A stretch of DNA of 64,000 bases. It comes from a virus. Its lineage: Duplodnaviria; Caudoviricetes. Below are positions 1 through 8,631 of this stretch, in pieces (positions within the stretch are counted from its first letter, which is position 1; each line of letters starts with the position of its first letter). The translations under genes and the position numbers were made by a program. The notes below the pieces were generated by a model. That model was not told the origin of the DNA. It worked only from the letters and a program-made list of their open reading frames with translations, and did no database searches. The stretch lies in the IMG/VR virus record IMGVR_UViG_3300034079_000027, positions 6,800 to 70,799 of that record, one strand, 5' to 3'.

Positions 1-10
1 TGCATATAGG

Positions 11-277
11 ATGAGAATACAACAAATAACGAGCATAGGTATGACGCTCGACCAGTGCGATTTTGAAAGCTGTGTGGCCCTTATAGGCGTTGATGAAACC
101 TGGGCTACCATTTACTCGATAGACTCAAAAGAACCGGGTAAAGGTCACGCAACGGAGCTTCTGGCAAGAATGAAAGCACATTATGAAGGGCAGGGCAAGA
201 CATTCGGCTCTTCGGTCGCTTTGAACAAACGAATGAGTTATTTACTTCAGAAACTAAACATACCAGAATACTGCTAA
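11..277 (+). CDS. Minimal GNAT-fold acetyltransferase-like protein
   Basis: beta strand TIYSIDS followed by motif-A-like EPGKGHATELL and C-terminal LNKRMSYLLQKL. Confidence 0.45.
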   Translation: MRIQQITSIGMTLDQCDFESCVALIGVDETWATIYSIDSKEPGKGHATELLARMKAHYEGQGKTFGSSVALNKRMSYLLQKLNIPEYC

Positions 278-705
278 TGGAAAACGGTTATTATTGGATT
301 CAGCAAGATAAGAAACGGGCTGAAATAGGTTACTACTACAAAGACCTAGATTCTTTTATGACAATAGGCTCTGCGATAGCCAAAAAGTCGCTCGGTTACA
401 CGGTACACTTCAAACTCGACGTTGCAGCGTTTAAAACGAACCCATTCACTCCAGAAAGGACTATGAATGGGATGCGGCTTTCGCCTCCGCAATGGGAAGT
501 AGTGGACTTCTTAATATCGCATCCGGGGGCTTATTTGATGGTCTATCCGTTATTTAGGCAACAACCAGTCTTTAATCCCACAGACCCCAACTTTGAAGAG
601 GTGTACTTTGACCAAGGTTCGGTTAAAGCTTTAATTAGGCGGGGTATCTTGTTTGAGTTTGAAAACAGAAAATACAAGGTTGCAGCCGCAGGAGACTATG
701 TTTAA
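277..705 (+). CDS. Hypothetical protein
   Basis: 142-aa ORF coupled to upstream stop (TAATG). Confidence 0.6.
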   Translation: MENGYYWIQQDKKRAEIGYYYKDLDSFMTIGSAIAKKSLGYTVHFKLDVAAFKTNPFTPERTMNGMRLSPPQWEVVDFLISHPGAYLMVYPLFRQQPVFNPTDPNFEEVYFDQGSVKALIRRGILFEFENRKYKVAAAGDYV

Positions 706-1027
706 CCGACCAGATAAATATATTTTAAAAGACAGAGTACCCGTTCCGGCCTTTGATCTTTGGGAATGGGCTACGTTTATGGAAAGCCCTAGCAATATGA
801 TTGTCGAAAAGACAATGATCGAAGAAATAATGGTATCAACCGTATTTTTAGGGCTAGACCATAACTACTGGGGTGGCCCTCCGATCTTATTTGAAACCAT
901 GATCTTTGGAGGTAAACACGACCAGTATCAGAGAAGATATTGCACCTACGATGAGGCCGAAGCAGGTCACAAAGTCGCTTGTGGGAAGGTATTAGACAGT
1001 ATCACAAAAGAAATATGCAACAACTAG
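698..1027 (+). CDS. Conserved phage hypothetical protein (VSTVFLG..GPPILFETMIFGG family), paralog of 53868-54170
   Basis: Motif VSTVFLGLDH..GPPILFETMIFGGKHDQYQRRY; ATG 698 overlaps upstream stop. Confidence 0.75.
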   Translation: MFNRPDKYILKDRVPVPAFDLWEWATFMESPSNMIVEKTMIEEIMVSTVFLGLDHNYWGGPPILFETMIFGGKHDQYQRRYCTYDEAEAGHKVACGKVLDSITKEICNN

Positions 1028-1341
1028 CTATGAATTACAGGAGAATAGAGTTATTTGGAAACCATGTTAGTAGGGGAACGTTTGACGACGTTTATGAAAC
1101 TGAAAAATATAACGGCGACATACTGAAGGCTTACGAGGCTAATGATTATGCGGAATGTGATTTTGTAATGGACGACGACGGGATTCTTTATATTGAGGCA
1201 AAACACGTAGCTCACCCAGACAGAAAATTATACCACCGACTTATAGTGCAACATTGCCCGGCAGGACTCGCCGAAATAGACGACGCTTTCGGAGCAGCTC
1301 TAGCAATAACCCTTTTAACAGCAATAGAGGATGAAATTTGA
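979..1341 (+). CDS. Hypothetical protein (true start probably 1015 or 1030)
   Basis: ORF in contiguous operon. Confidence 0.55.
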   Translation: MWEGIRQYHKRNMQQLAMNYRRIELFGNHVSRGTFDDVYETEKYNGDILKAYEANDYAECDFVMDDDGILYIEAKHVAHPDRKLYHRLIVQHCPAGLAEIDDAFGAALAITLLTAIEDEI

Positions 1342-1975
1342 TATGAACACTGGCGGCTTAGTGATGATTGATCAGGATGTATCGCACCTAGCCAGAGAGG
1401 TCTTTAAAAACGGAAAAATAGTTATAAAACCCGCAGCATTTTACAACGACTACACACAGAACGAAATCAGGTTATTCCTGCACCATTATGCGATTTATGC
1501 TTTGCCTACGCAGGAATTGATAGACTGGCTACGGGATCACGCTATTGGAACCACAATTGAAATCGGCGCAGGAAACGGCGCAATAGGCCGGGCCTTAGGA
1601 ATACCAATAACCGACAATAAAATGCAAAACTGGCCTACTATCAGGGCGCATTACGAGAAGACCGGACAACCGATTATAGATTACCCGGACGACGTAGAAG
1701 AACTGGACTACAAAGTAGCAATCACAAAGTATAAACCTCAGACCGTTATAGGGGCGTTTATCACCCATAAATGGAAGCCGGGCATGGAACAGGGCAATAT
1801 GTTCGGCCCAGAGGAAGAAATCATTCTAAAGCGGGTAAAACGCTATATAATGATAGGGAACCTTGTCTCACATGAAGCTAAACCGATCCTCCGGGTAAAA
1901 CATCAAGAGCTTTACTTCCCGTGGTTAATTACACGAGGCGTTGACCAAACTAAAAACCGCATATTCGTATGGTAA
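1331..1975 (+). CDS. Class I SAM-dependent methyltransferase-like protein, substrate unknown
   Basis: Motif I TIEIGAGNGAIGRAL; no NPPY/DPPY/PCQ catalytic motif seen. Confidence 0.55.
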   Translation: MKFDMNTGGLVMIDQDVSHLAREVFKNGKIVIKPAAFYNDYTQNEIRLFLHHYAIYALPTQELIDWLRDHAIGTTIEIGAGNGAIGRALGIPITDNKMQNWPTIRAHYEKTGQPIIDYPDDVEELDYKVAITKYKPQTVIGAFITHKWKPGMEQGNMFGPEEEIILKRVKRYIMIGNLVSHEAKPILRVKHQELYFPWLITRGVDQTKNRIFVW

Positions 1976-2256
1976 CAGATTTTGAAAGCTTTTGGGCAGA
2001 GGAATGGTATCTATCCCGACCGGAGATAATAAGACAGGCAATAAAGCGATTGCCTCCGTTCCAGTATTACAGAATGAAGGAAACGGGCGCACAATGCTAT
2101 ATTTTGAGTTATGAAGAGCCTGAGAGCGATAAACTCGAAGACGTAACCGTGACCGTTCAAAAAACAGGACTAGGAACCATGTTTCCTGAGTTAAACCAGA
2201 ACCAAGTATTTGGGGTAGGGCTAGATGATTTAGAACCTTGGGTACTTCCCAATTAA
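1969..2256 (+). CDS. Hypothetical protein
   Basis: 95-aa ORF overlapping neighbours. Confidence 0.55.
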   Translation: MVTDFESFWAEEWYLSRPEIIRQAIKRLPPFQYYRMKETGAQCYILSYEEPESDKLEDVTVTVQKTGLGTMFPELNQNQVFGVGLDDLEPWVLPN

Positions 2257-2267
2257 AACATAAACAT

Positions 2268-2738
2268 ATGAATATAGAAGCATTTAAAGAGTCGATAACT
2301 AAGACAATGATTCAGAACTTTAAGGATGATGGGTTTTTAGTTCCGGCAATTGTGGCATTAAGTATTGATGCGGTAGTACCCGCCGTTGTTCCTGAGGATT
2401 TATTGAGCGACGAAGAGGGAAAGGCCATAATAATCGGAGCCATGAAAAGGATTGCGCAAGTCCCCGGAGTAAAAGCCGTTGCCTTTATCTTTGAGGCTTA
2501 TGGGTTAATGGCCGTTACAGGCAGTGAGGAAGACCAACAGCAAGCCGAGGGCAAAAGCTTACAGGATATTAAGGGGAGCCGGGATATAATTGTTTGTGTG
2601 CTTAGTACTCCAGAGCGTGACGAAATTGTGTCTTACTTTGTTGATCCAAAACAAAAACTGATTTCAGAACCGTTTATTATTGGTGATACTAAAATGGCAG
2701 GTTCGTTTTCTAAATTTTCAGCTTATACCCGAAACTAA
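2268..2738 (+). CDS. Hypothetical protein
   Basis: ATG 2268 after A-rich leader. Confidence 0.6.
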   Translation: MNIEAFKESITKTMIQNFKDDGFLVPAIVALSIDAVVPAVVPEDLLSDEEGKAIIIGAMKRIAQVPGVKAVAFIFEAYGLMAVTGSEEDQQQAEGKSLQDIKGSRDIIVCVLSTPERDEIVSYFVDPKQKLISEPFIIGDTKMAGSFSKFSAYTRN

Positions 2739-2739
2739 C

Positions 2740-3144
2740 ATGAACCTACGACCACTTATTTTAGATGAAAGCGCAAAAGCCCGGATCGCAAAACTGGTTG
2801 ACTTTGCACATAACCACCCGTTTACCCTTGCACATTTTTTAGCAGCAAGAGACGGACTAATCCCTGCCGCAGGAAACATGGATGGGTATTCGATTATTAT
2901 AGACATGGGTTACCGGATTGTGTTTTCAATAGAACACCAACCTAGCGGCAATGTGAGGCATTTATCTATGTCAGTAGGCCAAGAGGGCAAAATGCCTTCC
3001 GTTGAGGCTGTAATGATCCTGTTGCCGCTGTTTGGGTTTACAAACGAGCTTCAAGACTGTGCGTTGCATATTGAAGAGTTTGAGCCAAAGAAACATGCCG
3101 TTAATATTCTGGAATATATAACCACTGAACAAGATGAAAACTAA
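2740..3144 (+). CDS. Conserved phage hypothetical protein (RHLSMSV..MPS motif)
   Basis: ATG 2740 directly after upstream stop; YRIVFSIEHQP..RHLSMSV. Confidence 0.6.
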   Translation: MNLRPLILDESAKARIAKLVDFAHNHPFTLAHFLAARDGLIPAAGNMDGYSIIIDMGYRIVFSIEHQPSGNVRHLSMSVGQEGKMPSVEAVMILLPLFGFTNELQDCALHIEEFEPKKHAVNILEYITTEQDEN

Positions 3145-3373
3145 GGAATTTGAAAATTTAAAAGAGGGCGATAAAGTAACCCATAAACATTATGGCGTAT
3201 GTGCCGTTACTGGCTATATTCCTGATTTTGGGCCAACATTACACCCGGAAACTGCCGAAGGTCTGGTAAAACTAAAAAGACATTCTGAAACTGTTGAAAT
3301 GTTCCGGTCTTACTCAATTGATACGCCTTTTTTGGAACACAAACCTCGATGTATTATAAACAAACTGCCATGA
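3134..3373 (+). CDS. Hypothetical protein, SH3-like start (LKEGDKVTHKHYGVCAV)
   Basis: ORF coupled to neighbours. Confidence 0.5.
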   Translation: MKTKEFENLKEGDKVTHKHYGVCAVTGYIPDFGPTLHPETAEGLVKLKRHSETVEMFRSYSIDTPFLEHKPRCIINKLP

Positions 3374-3837
3374 GGAAAACGAAATCAGAGTATAACAAAA
3401 CTTGGGACGATAAAAATAGGGACAAGAAACAGACTATTGCCCAGAAATGGTATTCAATCCCAGAGAATAAAGAAAAAGCAAAAGCAGTTGCAAAGGCTCA
3501 ATATTGGGCAGACCCAGAGGCAGCTAAAAAGCGAACAATAGCGTACCAAAAGGCGCATAAAGCGAGAGTAGCTGAAAACGCTAAGATTCGCCGGGAGAGA
3601 AAGAAAAATGAAGATGCTGAAGCGTATAAAAAGCTAATGAGCGAACGGAACGCAAGGTATAGGGCAAAGGTGAGAAAAGAAAAAGGGTTGCCGGAGATTA
3701 AACCCCAGAACCCTAACCCTAACCCTAATGTAACCCCAAAACCTGTTCATGTAAGAATGACCGAAGAAGAGCGTCAGTTATCAATCTTGGCCCGGTTTGA
3801 ATCGCTTAAAGAAGTCATTAAGATGCTACGCTCATAA
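3370..3837 (+). CDS. Highly basic helical protein, probable nucleic-acid binder
   Basis: K/R-rich helical repeats like the N-termini of HNH proteins, but no HNH motif. Confidence 0.5.
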   Translation: MRKTKSEYNKTWDDKNRDKKQTIAQKWYSIPENKEKAKAVAKAQYWADPEAAKKRTIAYQKAHKARVAENAKIRRERKKNEDAEAYKKLMSERNARYRAKVRKEKGLPEIKPQNPNPNPNVTPKPVHVRMTEEERQLSILARFESLKEVIKMLRS

Positions 3838-5182
3838 CGGTCATAACTGGCATATCCCAAATTGCACGTTCTGAAGACTTCCTCATCATGATGTCTTTAG
3901 AGATATGTGCCGTGTACTTGTTAAAACTAATCTCCGTTGTGTGTCCGCTCATGCTCATGATTTCCTGCTTAGGCATACCTGAAATAAGGCAATTAGAGCA
4001 GAAAGACCGCCTACTGGTATGAGTTGTTATAAGCTTGTAGAATGGCTTAGTCTCTTCGATATTTTTGCCGCCTTTATGCTTTTCTAAGAGTATAGGCTCG
4101 TTAAACCCTGCGACACGGCCTAAAATCTTAATCTGTTCGTTGTAGGTCTTTTTAGTGATATTGTAAGGCCATGTGTCGCTCTCGTATAGATGTTTAATCA
4201 TATCGTGTGCCGGGATTCTAACTAGCCCGGTTCCCTTGTTGGAAATAGCAGAAACGACATATCTGTTTAAATCCTCACTCCATGTGATTTGCGTCTCTGG
4301 GTCGATGTTTAAAAAGTTGCCACCCCTTAACCCTGTCCAACAACCAATAATAGCCAATTTGCGGACGTTCTCTAATGAACGAACCATATCCGAAACGGAT
4401 TCCTTGTATTGGTTATCAGTCCAACCGGGTACGCCGTCTTTCTTGCCGCTATATTTGATAAAATCCTGCTTAGGGTTCCCAGAGGCCGTTATGCGCATAT
4501 TAAAGAGTTTTAAGAGTTGTTTTTCGTTCAGATACACATTGAATGCTTCCCGTCTTTTTTTCTTGTCAAAACGCAGATAATCGAGCCGTGTGTTAATCCC
4601 ATCATCGGTCGCTTTGTCTAATATCCGTTTAAGGTTGCTGAACATCTTTGCAATGTGGTTATCCCCTGAGTCTAGGGTGTCCTGCATATAGGTTAAAAAA
4701 TCCTCGTTAAACTTCCGGTCTATCTGTTCAAAGGTTAACTTAGGTCTGAATGTTTTAAGCATCCTAACGGTCGTCCTGAAGCTTGCCCAGTCCTTATTGC
4801 CTACCTTGCCTTTGTTGGCTTCCTTAAACGCAACAAACCTCTCGGCAAAGGTGAAAAACGGCGTACTGGTCGCTTTGGGTTCCGCTTTCTTGTTCGCAAG
4901 TTTCCGGGGTTTTAGCTTCTCGTTGATAAGTTGCGTGAATAGGTCGTTGTTGAGGTCGAACGGATTGTTCTCGTCGATCACATCGTTAGCCGCTTGACGA
5001 ATACTTAAAAGTTTTTTATCTATCGCAGGATTGGTGCAACTGGCTGCCTTGCCTCCAGTGAAAGAATTAGGGTCTTCAATGGTAATACCGGGGAAGAACA
5101 CTAACACATATTGCTTCCCATTGTATTGCTTTCTAAACCTCACTCTAACAGAGCCTCTGTCTAAAAGTAAATCAATTGCCAT
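3818..5182 (-). CDS. int: Tyrosine recombinase / phage integrase with SAM-like core-binding domain
   Basis: Catalytic set TGLRG, HTSRRSF, SGHT..FNKY; start moved to MAIDLL (5182) because a perfect TATATTTG -7 box lies at 5206-5213. Confidence 0.93.
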   Translation of the reverse strand: MAIDLLLDRGSVRVRFRKQYNGKQYVLVFFPGITIEDPNSFTGGKAASCTNPAIDKKLLSIRQAANDVIDENNPFDLNNDLFTQLINEKLKPRKLANKKAEPKATSTPFFTFAERFVAFKEANKGKVGNKDWASFRTTVRMLKTFRPKLTFEQIDRKFNEDFLTYMQDTLDSGDNHIAKMFSNLKRILDKATDDGINTRLDYLRFDKKKRREAFNVYLNEKQLLKLFNMRITASGNPKQDFIKYSGKKDGVPGWTDNQYKESVSDMVRSLENVRKLAIIGCWTGLRGGNFLNIDPETQITWSEDLNRYVVSAISNKGTGLVRIPAHDMIKHLYESDTWPYNITKKTYNEQIKILGRVAGFNEPILLEKHKGGKNIEETKPFYKLITTHTSRRSFCSNCLISGMPKQEIMSMSGHTTEISFNKYTAHISKDIMMRKSSERAIWDMPVMTVMSVAS

Positions 5183-5205
5183 GATCGTAAATTTTAATGT
5201 TGATA

Positions 5206-5213
5206 CAAATATA
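5206..5213 (-). promoter_or_regulatory. Bacteroidota sigma-A -7 element for int
   Basis: TATATTTG matches TAnnTTTG, 24 nt upstream of the int ATG. Confidence 0.7.
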
Positions 5214-5218
5214 ACTCT

Positions 5219-5472
5219 TTCGACCAACTTTCGACCAACTATATTGAAATTTCTTGCAATATGTGTTTGTTGGCTTATTTTCAAACAGTTTCAAAAATGT
5301 TCATAAAATGATAATACATAGCATATTAGTGTCAAAATATATCAAAAGGAGAGTTACACATATTGCCACCGCCAGACCCCAGCTGGGTCACACTTTCAAA
5401 CATTTCAAACCCTTGCAGCACTAGGCTTGCAGGGGTTTTTTGTTTGGTCATTCGACCAACTTTTCGACCAAC
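5219..5472. repeat. Candidate attP: TTCGACCAAC arm repeats flanking a tRNA-3'-end-like core and hairpin
   Basis: TTCGACCAAC at 5219, 5230, 5451, 5463; core GACCCCAGCTGGGTCAC 5375-5391; hairpin with T-run 5407-5441. Confidence 0.7.
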
Positions 5473-5487
5473 CATTTATGTTAATTA

Positions 5488-5937
5488 TTAGATATTGGTT
5501 TCTTCCGGGTTAATCTCTTCATCGTAAGACCTCCATATATCGAGAATAGAGGCTGCAAATGCGTCATACCATGTAGGGTGTTTGAAGTGTAGTTTGTTGA
5601 CCAGAGTCATTATTTGGGTAAGGTTGCGGCACTCCTTCGGCATATCCATATTAAAATGTTTCTGGAATAGGTCATTGATTTCGTCACGTCTGGCGGCTAA
5701 TACCGGATCGAGGTCTGGCACGTATTCAATGTGTAATCCCATCGCCTCGACAATGGGTATGAGGGTTTTTAATGATGGGCTGTATTGGTGGTTTAATATG
5801 CGCCCAACATTCTGTTGTTTAAACCCGGTTATCTGGGCTATCATGTCCTGCGAGAGCTTTTGTTTCCGGGCATACCTTTTTAAGAAGAGCAAGTCCCGCT
5901 CCCACTTCGCTAGGTTATTCGTCTCGTCCGTCTTCAT
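5488..5937 (-). CDS. XRE/Cro-C1 helix-turn-helix regulator
   Basis: LSQDMIAQITGFKQQNVGRILNHQYSPSLKTLIPIVEAMG. Confidence 0.8.
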   Translation of the reverse strand: MKTDETNNLAKWERDLLFLKRYARKQKLSQDMIAQITGFKQQNVGRILNHQYSPSLKTLIPIVEAMGLHIEYVPDLDPVLAARRDEINDLFQKHFNMDMPKECRNLTQIMTLVNKLHFKHPTWYDAFAASILDIWRSYDEEINPEETNI

Positions 5938-6229
5938 TAGGTTGTTTTAATGTGTTTTGAATCTCTTTGAACTGAGTTTGAATGTTCGCACTCATTTGCT
6001 TAAATAGTTCGTCTAATGCCTCTCCTTTGGCTTCTAATGCCTCATGTAAGGCTATTGTCTTTTTCAGGCTCCTGCGTTGTGACCAAATAACATACGTCCA
6101 CATACAAGCGGCTGTAAACGTCAGTAAACTATTAATCGACTGATCTTTTATGAATAGGTAGAACATGAAATCATCGTAGAGAAACATGAACACTAACATT
6201 AGTGTGAGGGTGGTGCGTAGGTGTTTCAT
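5915..6229 (-). CDS. Membrane protein (2 TM) with coiled-coil tail
   Basis: Two hydrophobic segments then a helical tail. Confidence 0.55.
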   Translation of the reverse strand: MKHLRTTLTLMLVFMFLYDDFMFYLFIKDQSINSLLTFTAACMWTYVIWSQRRSLKKTIALHEALEAKGEALDELFKQMSANIQTQFKEIQNTLKQPNEDGRDE

Positions 6230-6612
6230 CGTTTGATCGCTTTTTTATAATTGGCCACTAATGATTCAACGTCTTGTTCTTTTAATATCCTCCTGCGCCG
6301 GATAGCCTTAGCCTCATTGTCAATAGGTGCAGGTTTAATATACTCGGAGAAATGAACACCGGGTACTGGCTCCGGGGTTTCGGATAAGAAGGTTTTTTTA
6401 ATGGTTTCGTCTTTTACTAATTCCATTCTAAAACCCAAGGCTCTGGCAAATGTGATAAATTTTGAAAGTGGTATGTCATAATTATTCAAAAATACCTTCG
6501 AGAAATAGTCTGATCCTTCGCCTACTCGCCGGGCTAAATGTACATAGTGAATGCCTTGCTTTTTGGCCTCTAGCCTTAATGTGTCGATAACCTTTTTGGA
6601 TTCTTTGCTCAT
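6226..6612 (-). CDS. Divergent XRE-like HTH protein
   Basis: HYVHLARRVGEGSDYFSKVF..IPLSKFITFARALGFRMEL. Confidence 0.6.
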   Translation of the reverse strand: MSKESKKVIDTLRLEAKKQGIHYVHLARRVGEGSDYFSKVFLNNYDIPLSKFITFARALGFRMELVKDETIKKTFLSETPEPVPGVHFSEYIKPAPIDNEAKAIRRRRILKEQDVESLVANYKKAIKR

Positions 6613-6683
6613 TCTAAATAGGGTGTTTGGTTTGAACCGCTAATATAAGTGAACAAATTCGATTTAGCAGCCTAAAAGAGGGC

Positions 6684-6711
6684 AAAAAAGCCCGGACAAT
6701 AATATCCGGGC
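6684..6711 (-). terminator. Rho-independent terminator
   Basis: Stem GCCCGGA/TCCGGGC followed by T6 on minus strand. Confidence 0.75.
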
Positions 6712-6740
6712 CACACACACACACACACTATTAACTGAAC

Positions 6741-6947
6741 TTAATGGTCGTTTTTCTCAATGACGTTTTTCATCGCCTCTGCTAACTCATTCGGGAAGTA
6801 AATAACAACGTCGTTCATGATTGTGGCTTTGTCAATGCCTATCATTTCAATAACTGCCTGAGCGTAGTCTATAATGCCTTGTTTCTCTTCTGGTGTACAA
6901 TCAAGACAATGTTTCTTCTTTGCGATAATCTTATTAATGTGTTCCAT
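6741..6947 (-). CDS. Hypothetical protein
   Basis: ATG 6947 one base after upstream stop. Confidence 0.55.
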   Translation of the reverse strand: MEHINKIIAKKKHCLDCTPEEKQGIIDYAQAVIEMIGIDKATIMNDVVIYFPNELAEAMKNVIEKNDH

Positions 6948-6948
6948 G

Positions 6949-7122
6949 TTAGTTAATTGTGGTTTTTGTTTCAATGATCAAAGCCCGATAAATCAGGATA
7001 ATTAGCGAACCTTGACCGAATAGAAACACGAACATATTAGGCAGGTTCAAATATAGAGTAAAAAAGCTAACTAGGACTACTAATAGCCCTAGTATGCCAA
7101 CAAAATGTATATTCCTGTTCAT
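6949..7122 (-). CDS. 57-aa two-TM membrane protein (not in ORF track)
   Basis: MNRNIHFVGILGLLVVLVSFFTLYLNLPNMFVFLFGQGSLIILIYRALIIETKTTIN fills the gap exactly. Confidence 0.6.
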   Translation of the reverse strand: MNRNIHFVGILGLLVVLVSFFTLYLNLPNMFVFLFGQGSLIILIYRALIIETKTTIN

Positions 7123-7124
7123 AA

Positions 7125-7337
7125 TTAGCTAATTATAGAAATCTGGCGTGAATAGGCACAATGGCCGTTAGCTAACATGAATACAAACATGTGTAGCTGA
7201 TCTAGTGCGACTTCAGTAATCAACTCAGTCTGGTGACCAGTTGCGGGTTCAATGCTTTCAATGTATGAAAGGGCAGGGGTATTTACTCCCCTGATCCCTT
7301 TAAACAGTACTTTCTGGCCTATCTTTATACGATCCAT
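7125..7337 (-). CDS. Hypothetical protein
   Basis: TAATG coupling to upstream gene at 7337. Confidence 0.55.
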   Translation of the reverse strand: MDRIKIGQKVLFKGIRGVNTPALSYIESIEPATGHQTELITEVALDQLHMFVFMLANGHCAYSRQISIIS

Positions 7338-8587
7338 TAGGCTATAAGTTTTTCGATTGCTGAACGTTTTGCAGTCGGGAATATCCAACCTGCGCCACAA
7401 TGTAATCTAAAGTTAAAACGACCGCCTAATGCCTTTAATTCGTCCTTAATAGGCTTTGTTTCTCCTATTACTGCGATAGCTTTCTCTGAGTATTCAATAA
7501 TCTGAATGTTTGCCTTTGGTTTTTCAAATAATTCATCCCATTCATCAATCTCCACTATTGCCTCTGGTTTAGGTTCTGGAAGTTCTGCCTCTTCGTGTCT
7601 GGCATGAGTGTATTTGTAAGTCTGTAAGATGTGACCGTCCATGATGATCGCTTCCCGGTCTTCATAATCTTCATACATGTCGATCATGCCGTTAAAATGC
7701 CCCTCACAAAAGGTATCAATAAAGGCTTCCAGTTCCTTAATTGGCTCCGGGGAGTAATAAACAACGTCCATAGAGTCGCCACCGCTGAATACGTCCGTTT
7801 TAACCTCGATTTTGGCGATTTGAAAGGATTTCATACAATGAGCCTTGATAATGTTGGTAGTTGTCCTGCGGTCGGCTCTAATGAACTGTGAAAGGTATTG
7901 CTTTCTTTCTTCTGCTTTAATTGCTGCCGCCTCGTCCTTAATCCTTCGCTCTTCTGCTTTCTTAACTGCTAAATCCTGAGCCTCGATCAACATGTTTGAT
8001 AATTGATCCTGATCAATGCCAAAGGATTGCATATTGTAACCCCTTTCAAAGTACATACCTATGCCGAACTTTTTGGAAATCGGTCTTAGATAGTCGTGCC
8101 TTTGAAGGTCTAAAGTATCTTTCTCGACACACCATACATTAGGGCCGAAACTAGACTCTTCAATCTTGTAAATGATCCAATTGTTGCCGTGATAACCTTT
8201 AGCCATGTTGCAATTGTCAAGAAAACAAATGTCGTACAGTTCGTAAACTTCATCCTTTACCTGATCTTCGGGTAATTCGTTTACTTTCTCGTCGAACGCT
8301 GCCAATCCTTTAAAATGTGCCTCCCTGATAACGTTCTCCGTTATTCTTAACTTGCCGTGATTGATCTTTAAGAAAGGCTCATCGCCTAAGATAGAACCGT
8401 AGTTAATACCCATCATACCAGAACCACTGGCGTTAACTGTAACCTTCCTAACTGTTGTTGTTAGGTTCCCGGAATAGCTTTTGTGTGTTGAAATGTCGAA
8501 CGTCTGGCCTTTCTCGGTGCGGATCGTCTGGGCCTCCCATCCGTCAAAGCCTTTCTTAACTCTCGTTTGAACTTCTTCAATTTTCAT
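7337..8587 (-). CDS. Polyvalent-type protein with LPD29-like domain and C-terminal YSEKAIAV..GGRFN..GWIF domain
   Basis: KTDVFSGGDSMDV..GHFNGMIDMY recalls LPD29; LRPISKKFGIGMYF and the C-terminus recall Bacteroides mobile-element 'fusion proteins'. Confidence 0.65.
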   Translation of the reverse strand: MKIEEVQTRVKKGFDGWEAQTIRTEKGQTFDISTHKSYSGNLTTTVRKVTVNASGSGMMGINYGSILGDEPFLKINHGKLRITENVIREAHFKGLAAFDEKVNELPEDQVKDEVYELYDICFLDNCNMAKGYHGNNWIIYKIEESSFGPNVWCVEKDTLDLQRHDYLRPISKKFGIGMYFERGYNMQSFGIDQDQLSNMLIEAQDLAVKKAEERRIKDEAAAIKAEERKQYLSQFIRADRRTTTNIIKAHCMKSFQIAKIEVKTDVFSGGDSMDVVYYSPEPIKELEAFIDTFCEGHFNGMIDMYEDYEDREAIIMDGHILQTYKYTHARHEEAELPEPKPEAIVEIDEWDELFEKPKANIQIIEYSEKAIAVIGETKPIKDELKALGGRFNFRLHCGAGWIFPTAKRSAIEKLIA

Positions 8588-8631
8588 CTTGTAGTTTGCC
8601 GAATATACAGTTGCCGCCTGTTTTAAATTTT

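Noticed and set aside
3709-3728. (CCCTAA)3 identical to the vertebrate telomere repeat complement
   Set aside because: Only three units, simply encoding an Asn-Pro linker (NPNPNPN) in a phage ORF
5183-5284. Longer integrase start at 5284 given by the ORF track
   Set aside because: The extension translates the promoter and arm repeats; ATG 5182 fits the -7 box
4173-5306. Plus-strand ORFs antisense to the integrase
   Set aside because: Shadow frames with no motifs; the integrase explains the region
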